NCBI GenBank assembly: GCA_964057225.1
Contig: OZ059896.1
Span: forward strand, 4,402,001 to 4,466,000
Origin: Auanema rhodensis
Taxonomy: Eukaryota; Animalia; Nematoda
Direction: 5' to 3'
Length of the DNA stretch: 64,000 nucleotides
The notes beneath the pieces were generated by a model, which was not told the origin of the DNA, searched no databases, and was given only the letters and a program-made list of their open reading frames with translations. The translations under genes were made by a program, and so were the position numbers. The first letter of the stretch is position 1; the number at the start of each line of letters is the position of its first letter. Of this stretch, positions 54,904 through 64,000 are shown in pieces.

Positions 54904-57900
54904 AAAGTTCACGTAAATTTCAAAGTCATGGTTACCATGAACCAATATCAATAAAAATTTGTTTTTAGACTAATATGGACATGGGGAATCTAATTTTGAA
55001 AACCGCATCTCTTTATCTTTCACGTGAAGCGAGTTACATACCAAGTGCACATCACGTGTACATTTAATTAGCATAAATTAAAGTTCACGTAAATTTCAAA
55101 GTCATGGTTACCATGCACCAATATTAATAAAAATTTGTTTTTAGACTAATATGGACATGGGGAATCTAATTTTGAAAACCGCATCTCTTTATCTTTCACG
55201 TGAAGCGAGTTACATACCAAGTGCACATCACGTGTACATTTAATTAGCATAAATTAAAGTTCACGTAAATTTCAAAGTCATGGTTACCATGAACCAATAT
55301 CAATAAAAATTTGTTTTTAGACTAATATGGACATGGGGAATCTAATTTTGAAAACCGCATCTCTTTATCTTTCACGTGAAGCGAGTTACATACCAAGTGC
55401 ACATCACGTGTACATTTAATTAGCATAAATTAAAGTTCACGTAAATTTCAAAGTCATGGTTACCATGAACCAATATCAATAAAAATTTGTTTTTAGACTA
55501 ATTTGGACATGGGGAATCTAATTTTGAAAACCGCATCTCTTTATCTTTCAAGTGAAGCGAGTTACATACCAAGTGCACATCACGTGTACATTTAATTAGC
55601 ATAAATTAAAGTTCACGTAAATTTCAAAGTCATGGTTACCATGAACCAATATCAATAAAAATTTGTTTTTAGACTAATATGGACATGGGGAATCTAATTT
55701 TGAAAACCGCATCTCTTTATCTTTCACGTGAAGCGAGTTACATACCAAGTGCACATCACGTGTACATTTAATTAGCATAAATTAAAGTTCACGTAAATTT
55801 CAAAGTCATGGTTACCATGAACCAATATCAATAAAAATTTGTTTTTAGACTAATATGGACATGGGGAATCTAATTTTGAAAATCGCATCTCTTTATCTTT
55901 CACGTGAAGCGAGTTACATACCAAGTGCACATCACGTGTACATTTAATTAGCATAAATTAAAGTTCACGTAAATTTCAAAGTCATGGTTACCATGAACCA
56001 ATATCAATAAAAATTTGTTTTCAGACTAATTTGGACATGGGGAATCTAATTTTGAAAACCGCATCTCTTTATCTTTCAAGTGAAGCGAGTTACATACCAA
56101 GTGCACATCACGTGTACATTTAATTAGCATAAATTAAAGTTCACGTAAATTTCAAAGTCATGGTTACCATGAACCAATATCAATAAAAATTTGTTTTTAA
56201 ACTAATATGGACATGGGGAATCTAATTTTGAAAACCGCATCTCTTTATCTTTCACGTGAAGCGAGTTACATACCAAGTGCACATCACGTGTACATTTAAT
56301 TAGCATAAAGTAAAGTTCACGTAAATTTCAAAGTCATGGTTACCATGCACCAATATCAATAAAAATTTGTTTTTAGACTAATATGGACATGGAGAATCTA
56401 ATTCTGAAAATCGCATCTCTTTATCTTTCATGTGAAGCGAGTTACATACCAAGTGCACATCACGTGTACATTTAATTAGCATAAATTAAAGTTCACGTAA
56501 ATTTCAAAGTCATGGTTACCATGCACCAATATCAATAAAAATTTGTTTTTAGACTAATATGAACATGGGGAATCTAATTTTGAAAACCGCATCTCTTTAT
56601 CTTTCACGTGAAGCGAGTTACATACCAAGTGCACATCACGTGTACACTTAATTAGCATAAATTAAAGTTCACGTAAATTTCAAAGTCATGGTTACCATGC
56701 ACCAATATCAATAAAAATTTGTTTTTAGACTAATATGAACATGGGGAATCTAATTCTGAAAATCGCATCTCTTTATCTTTCATGTGAAGCGAGTTACATA
56801 CCAAGTGCACATCACGTGTACATTTAATTAGCATAAATTAAAGTTCACGTAAATTTCAAAGTCATGGTTACCATGAACCAATATCAATAAAAATTTGTTT
56901 TTAGACTAATATGGACATGGGGAATCTAATTTTGAAAACCGCATCTCTTTATCTTTCACGTGAAGCGAGTTACATACCAAGTGCACATCACGTGTACATT
57001 TAATTAGCATAAATTAAAGTTCACGTAAATTTCAAAGTCATGGTTACCATGCACCAATATTAATAAAAATTTGTTTTTAGACTAATATGGACATGGGGAA
57101 TCTAATTTTGAAAACCGCATCTCTTTATCTTTCAAGTGAAGCGAGTTACATACCAAGTGCACATCACGTGTACACTTAATTAGCATAAATTAAAGTTCAC
57201 GTAAATTTCAAAGTCATGGTTACCATGCACCAATTTCAATAAAAATTTGTTTTTTGACTAATATGAACATGGGGAATCTAATTTTGAAAACCGCATCTCT
57301 TTATCTTTCACGTGAAGCGAGTTACATACCAAGTGCACATAACGTGTACATTTAATTAGCATAAATTAAAGTTCACGTAAATTTCAAAGTCATGGTTACC
57401 ATGAACCAATATCAATAAAAATTTGTTTTTAGACTAATATGGACATGGGGAATCTAATTTTGAAAACCGCATCTCTTTATCTTTCACGTGAAGCGAGTTA
57501 CATACCAAGTGCACATCACGTGTACATTTAATTAGCATAAATTAAAGTTCACGTAAATTTCAAAGTCATGGTTACCATGCACCAATATTAATAAAAATTT
57601 GTTTTTAGACTAATATGGACATGGGGAATCTAATTTTGAAAACCGCATCTCTTTATCTTTCACGTGAAGCGAGTTACATACCAAGTGCACATCACGTGTA
57701 CATTTAATTAGCATAAATTAAAGTTCACGTAAATTTCAAAGTCATGGTTACCATGAACCAATATCAATAAAAATTTGTTTTTAGACTAATATGGACATGG
57801 GGAATATAATTTTGAAAACCGCATCTCTTTATCTTTCACGTGAAGCGAGTTACATACCAAGTGCACATCACGTGTACATTTAATTAGCATAAATTAAAGT

Positions 57901-58775
57901 TCACGTAAATTTCAAAGTCATGGTTACCATGAACCAATATCAATAAAAATTTGTTTTTAGACTAATTTGGACATGGGGAATCTAATTTTGAAAACCGCAT
58001 CTCTTTATCTTTCAAGTGAAGCGAGTTACATACCAAGTGCACATCACGTGTACATTTAATTAGCATAAATTAAAGTTCACGTAAATTTCAAAGTCATGGT
58101 TACCATGAACCAATATCAATAAAAATTTGTTTTTAGACTAATATGGACATGGGGAATCTAATTTTGAAAACCGCATCTCTTTATCTTTCACGTGAAGCGA
58201 GTTACATACCAAGTGCACATCACGTGTACATTTAATTAGCATAAATTAAAGTTCACGTAAATTTCAAAGTCATGGTTACCATGAACCAATATCAATAAAA
58301 ATTTGTTTTTAGACTAATATGGACATGGGGAATCTAATTTTGAAAATCGCATCTCTTTATCTTTCACGTGAAGCGAGTTACATACCAAGTGCACATCACG
58401 TGTACATTTAATTAGCATAAATTAAAGTTCACGTAAATTTCAAAGTCATGGTTACCATGAACCAATATCAATAAAAATTTGTTTTCAGACTAATTTGGAC
58501 ATGGGGAATCTAATTTTGAAAACCGCATCTCTTTATCTTTCAAGTGAAGCGAGTTACATACCAAGTGCACATCACGTGTACATTTAATTAGCATAAATTA
58601 AAGTTCACGTAAATTTCAAAGTCATGGTTACCATGAACCAATATCAATAAAAATTTGTTTTTAAACTAATATGGACATGGGGAATCTAATTTTGAAAACC
58701 GCATCTCTTTATCTTTCACGTGAAGCGAGTTACATACCAAGTGCACATCACGTGTACATTTAATTAGCATAAAGT
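54904..58775 (+). repeat. 8-monomer block duplicated at a 14-monomer (2464-bp) offset: 54904-56311 and 57368-58775
   Basis: The order consensus; 46T; consensus; 72T120A; consensus; 100T; 63C72T120A; 65A175G is repeated. Each copy is followed by a 93C+100T+120T monomer. Confidence 0.85.
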
Positions 58776-60007
58776 AAAGTTCACGTAAATTTCAAAGTCA
58801 TGGTTACCATGCACCAATATCAATAAAAATTTGTTTTTAGACTAATATGGACATGGGGAATCTAATTCTGAAAATCGCATCTCTTTATCTTTCATGTGAA
58901 GCGAGTTACATACCAAGTGCACATCACGTGTACATTTAATTAGCATAAATTAAAGTTCACGTAAATTTCAAAGTCATGGTTACCATGAACCAATATCAAT
59001 AAAAATTTGTTTTTAGACTAATATGGACATGGGGAATCTAATTTTGAAAACCGCATCTCTTTATCTTTCACGTGAAGCGAGTTACATACCAAGTGCACAT
59101 CACGTGTACATTTAATTAGCATAAATTAAAGTTCACGTAAATTTCAAAGTCATGGTTACCATGCACCAATATCAATAAAAATTTGTTTTTAGACTAATAT
59201 GAACATGGGGAATCTAATTTTGAAAACCGCATCTCTTTATCTTTCACGTGAAGCGAGTTACATACCAAGTGCACATCACGTGTACACTTAATTAGCATAA
59301 ATTAAAGTTCACGTAAATTTCAAAGTCATGGTTACCATGCACCAATATCAATAAAAATTTGTTTTTAGACTAATATGAACATGGGGAATCTAATTTTGAA
59401 AACCGCATCTCTTTATCTTTCACGTGAAGCGAGTTACATACCAAGTGCACATCACGTGTACACTTAATTAGCATAAATTAAAGTTCACGTAAATTTCAAA
59501 GTCATGGTTACCATGCACCAATATTAATAAAAATTTGTTTTTAGACTAATATGGACATGGGGAATCTAATTTTGAAAACCGCATCTCTTTATCTTTCAAG
59601 TGAAGCGAGTTACATACCAAGTGCACATCACGTGTACACTTAATTAGCATAAATTAAAGTTCACGTAAATTTCAAAGTCATGGTTACCATGCACCAATTT
59701 CAATAAAAATTTGTTTTTTGACTAATATGAACATGGGGAATCTAATTTTGAAAACCGCATCTCTTTATCTTTCACGTGAAGCGAGTTACATACCAAGTGC
59801 ACATCACGTGTACACTTAATTAGCATAAATTAAAGTTCACGTAAATTTCAAAGTCATGGTTACCATGCACCAATATCAATAAAAATTTGTTTTTAGACTA
59901 ATATGAACATGGGGAATCTAATTTTGAAAACCGCATCTCTTTATCTTTCACGTGAAGCGAGTTACATACCAAGTGCACATCACGTGTACATTTAATTAGC
60001 ATAAATT

Positions 60008-62823
60008 AAAGTTCACGTAAATTTCAAAGTCATGGTTACCATGCACCAATATTAATAAAAATTTGTTTTTAGACTAATATGGACATGGGGAATCTAATTT
60101 TGAAAACCGCATCTCTTTATCTTTCAAGTGAAGCGAGTTACATACCAAGTGCACATCACGTGTACACTTAATTAGCATAAATTAAAGTTCACGTAAATTT
60201 CAAAGTCATGGTTACCATGCACCAATTTCAATAAAAATTTGTTTTTTGACTAATATGAACATGGGGAATCTAATTTTGAAAACCGCATCTCTTTATCTTT
60301 CACGTGAAGCGAGTTACATACCAAGTGCACATAACGTGTACATTTAATTAGCATAAATTAAAGTTCACGTAAATTTCAAAGTCATGGTTACCATGCACCA
60401 ATATCAATAAAAATTTGTTTTTAGACTAATATGGACATGGAGAATTTAATTTTGAAAACCGCATCTCTTTATCTTTCACGTGAAGCGAGTTACATACCAA
60501 GTGCACATCACGTGTACATTTAATTAGCATAAAGTAAAGTTCACGTAAATTTCAAAGTCATGGTTACCATGCACCAATATCAATAAAAAATTGTTTTTAG
60601 ACTAATATGGACATGGGGAATCTAATTTTGAAAACCGCATCTCTTTATCTTTCACGTGAAGCGAGTTACATACCAAGTGCACATCACGTGTACATTTAAT
60701 TAGCATAAATTAAAGTTCACGTAAATTTCAAAGTCATGGTTACCATGCACCAATATTAATAAAAATCTGTTTTTAGACTAATATGGACATGGGGAATCTA
60801 ATTTTGAAAACCGCATCTCTTTATCTTTCACGTGAAGCGAGTTACATACCAAGTGCACATCACGTGTACACTTAATTAGCATAAATTAAAGTTCACGTAA
60901 ATTTCAAAGTCATGGTTACCATGCACCAATTTCAATAAAAATTTGTTTTTTGACTAATATGAACATGGGGAATCTAATTTTGAAAACCGCATCTCTTTAT
61001 CTTTCACGTGAAGCGAGTTACATACCAAGTGCACATCACGTGTACACTTAATTAGCATAAATTAAAGTTCACGTAAATTTCAAAGTCATGGTTACCATGC
61101 ACCAATATCAATAAAAATTTGTTTTTAGACTAATATGAACATGGGGAATCTAATTCTGAAAATCGCATCTCTTTATCTTTCATGTGAAGCGAGTTACATA
61201 CCAAGTGCACATCACGTGTACATTTAATTAGCATAAATTAAAGTTCACGTAAATTTCAAAGTCATGGTTACCATGAACCAATATCAATAAAAATTTGTTT
61301 TTAGACTAATATGGACATGGGGAATCTAATTTTGAAAACCGCATCTCTTTATCTTTCACGTGAAGCGAGTTACATACCAAGTGCACATCACGTGTACATT
61401 TAATTAGCATAAATTAAAGTTCACGTAAATTTCAAAGTCATGGTTACCATGCACCAATATTAATAAAAATTTGTTTTTAGACTAATATGGACATGGGGAA
61501 TCTAATTTTGAAAACCGCATCTCTTTATCTTTCAAGTGAAGCGAGTTACATACCAAGTGCACATCACGTGTACACTTAATTAGCATAAATTAAAGTTCAC
61601 GTAAATTTCAAAGTCATGGTTACCATGCACCAATTTCAATAAAAATTTGTTTTTTGACTAATATGAACATGGGGAATCTAATTTTGAAAACCGCATCTCT
61701 TTATCTTTCACGTGAAGCGAGTTACATACCAAGTGCACATAACGTGTACATTTAATTAGCATAAATTAAAGTTCACGTAAATTTCAAAGTCATGGTTACC
61801 ATGCACCAATATCAACAAAAATTTGTTTTTAGACTAATATGGACATGGAGAATTTAATTTTGAAAACCGCATCTCTTTATCTTTCACGTGAAGCGAGTTA
61901 CATACCAAGTGCACATCACGTGTACATTTAATTAGCATAAAGTAAAGTTCACGTAAATTTCAAAGTCATGGTTACCATGCACCAATATCAATAAAAAATT
62001 GTTTTTAGACTAATATGGACATGGGGAATCTAATTTTGAAAACCGCATCTCTTTATCTTTCACGTGAAGCGAGTTACATACCAAGTGCACATCACGTGTA
62101 CATTTAATTAGCATAAATTAAAGTTCACGTAAATTTCAAAGTCATGGTTACCATGCACCAATATTAATAAAAATTTGTTTTTAGACTAATATGGACATGG
62201 GGAATCTAATTTTGAAAACCGCATCTCTTTATCTTTCAAGTGAAGCGAGTTACATACCAAGTGCACATCACGTGTACACTTAATTAGCATAAATTAAAGT
62301 TCACGTAAATTTCAAAGTCATGGTTACCATGCACCAATATCAATAAAAATTTGTTTTTAGACTAATATGAACATGGGGAATCTAATTTTGAAAACCGCAT
62401 CTCTTTATCTTTCACGTGAAGCGAGTTACATACCAAGTGCACATCACGTGTACACTTAATTAGCATAAATTAAAGTTCACGTAAATTTCAAAGTCATGGT
62501 TACCATGCACCAATATCAATAAAAATTTGTTTTTAGACTAATATGAACATGGGGAATCTAATTCTGAAAATCGCATCTCTTTATCTTTCATGTGAAGCGA
62601 GTTACATACCAAGTGCACATCACGTGTACATTTAATTAGCATAAATTAAAGTTCACGTAAATTTCAAAGTCATGGTTACCATGAACCAATATCAATAAAA
62701 ACTTGTTTTTAGACTAATATGGACATGGGGAATCTAATTTTGAAAACCGCATCTCTTTATCTTTCACGTGAAGCGAGTTACATACCAAGTGCACATCACG
62801 TGTACATTTAATTAGCATAAATT
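60008..62823 (+). repeat. 8-monomer tandem duplication (1408 bp x2)
   Basis: The GGAGAATTTAA+175G monomer starts at 60360 and 61768, the ATAAAAAATTG monomer at 60536 and 61944, and the 75A93C100T120T monomer at 61064 and 62472. Confidence 0.85.
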
Positions 62824-64000
62824 AAAGTTCACGTAAATTTCAAAGTCATGGTTACCATGCACCAATATTAATAAAAATTTGTTTTTAGACTAATATGGAC
62901 ATGGGGAATCTAATTTTGAAAACCGCATCTCTTTATCTTTCACGTGAAGCGAGTTACATACCAAGTGCACATCACGTGTACATTTAATTAGCATAAATTA
63001 AAGTTCACGTAAATTTCAAAGTCATGGTTACCATGAACCAATATCAATAAAAATTTGTTTTTAGACTAATATGGACATGGGGAATCTAATTTTGAAAACC
63101 GCATCTCTTTATCTTTCACGTGAAGCGAGTTACATACCAAGTGCACATCACGTGTACATTTAATTAGCATAAATTAAAGTTCACGTAAATTTCAAAGTCA
63201 TGGTTACCATGCACCAATATCAATAAAAATTTGTTTTTAGACTAATATGGACACGGAGAATCTAATTTTGAAAACCGCATCTCTTTATCTTTCACGTGAA
63301 GCGAGTTACATACCAAGTGCACATCACGTGTACATTTAATTAGCATAAATTAAAGTTCACGTAAATTTCAAAGTCATGGTTACCATGCACCAATATCAAT
63401 AAAAATTTGTTTTCAGACTAATTTGGACATGGGGAATCTAATTTTGAAAACCGCATCTCTTTATCTTTCACGTGAAGCGAGTTACATACCAAGTGCACAT
63501 CACGTGTACATTTAATTAGCATAAATTAAAGTTCACGTAAATTTCAAAGTCATGGTTACCATGAACCAATATCAATAAAAATTTGTTTTTAGACTAATAT
63601 GGACATGGGGAATCTAATTTTGAAAACCGCATCTCTTTATCTTTCACGTGAAGCGAGTTACATACCAAGTGCACATCACGTGTACATTTAATTAGCATAA
63701 AGTAAAGTTCACGTAAATTTCAAAGTCATGGTTACCATGCACCAATATCAATAAAAATTTGTTTTTAGACTAATATGGACATGGGGAATCTAATTTTGAA
63801 AATCGCATCTCTTTATCTTTCACGTGAAGCGAGTTACATACCAAGTGCACATCACGTGTACATTTAATTAGCATAAATTAAAGTTCACGTAAATTTCAAA
63901 GTCATGGTTACCATGAACCAATATCAATAAAAATTTGTTTTTAGACTAATATGGACATGGGGAATCTAATTTTGAAAACCGCATCTCTTTATCTTTCACG

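Larger units (their letters stand above)
1..64000 (+). repeat. 176-bp tandem satellite DNA array (363 full monomers + partial), putatively centromeric/pericentromeric
   Basis: AAAGTTCACGTAAATTTC recurs at 1, 177, 353 ... 2641 (=1+15x176) ... 63880. The register shifts only by one +2 and eleven -1 indels (net -9, consistent with the last start at 63880). No strand switch, no unique DNA. The centromeric role is inferred from length and homogeneity only. Confidence 0.99.

Noticed and set aside
1-64000. Protein-coding ORFs or a repeat protein
   Set aside because: Each monomer has stop codons in all six frames and 176 is not a multiple of 3. ATGs at p25, p34, p72 and p78 open only very short frames.
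1-64000. CRISPR array
   Set aside because: There are no unique spacers: the whole 176 bp repeats. No leader or cas genes are present.
1-64000. Variants preferentially restoring the whole-monomer palindrome (e.g. 44T, 72T, 99T, 100T, 148T, 175G)
   Set aside because: By hand about 18 of ~45 alleles at mismatched positions restore pairing, close to the one-third expected by chance.
1-64000. Monomer variant order as an information-bearing code
   Set aside because: The order is adequately explained by nested block duplications, deletions and recombinant monomers.

Overview
The whole 64-kb window is one uninterrupted, single-orientation, head-to-tail array of a 176-bp AT-rich (~32% GC) satellite: 363 complete monomers plus a 121-bp partial one. 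Consensus (= bases 1-176): AAAGTTCACGTAAATTTCAAAGTCATGGTTACCATG[A/C]ACCAATATCAATAAAAATTTGTTTTTAGACTAATATGGACATGGGGAATCTAATTTTGAAAACCGCATCTCTTTATCTTTCACGTGAAGCGAGTTACATACCAAGTGCACATCACGTGTACATTTAATTAGCATAAATT. Monomers usually differ from it at 0-5 positions. There are no genes, RNA genes, transposon insertions or CRISPR spacers. Unit length, homogeneity and local higher-order repeats (HORs) fit a eukaryotic centromeric or pericentromeric satellite; I cannot name the species or family. Typing every monomer by hand shows an 18-mer HOR, many smaller block duplications, recombinant monomers, and variant domains arranged as nested layers. The most unusual property is that the monomer is a degenerate palindrome: an ~88-bp half plus its reverse complement, with dyad axes at monomer positions 56/57 and 144/145. 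It also carries a CENP-B-box-like 17-mer overlapping a perfect TTCACGTGAA palindrome. 'Mn' = nth monomer; 'p' = position within the monomer. All counts are manual and should be confirmed computationally.
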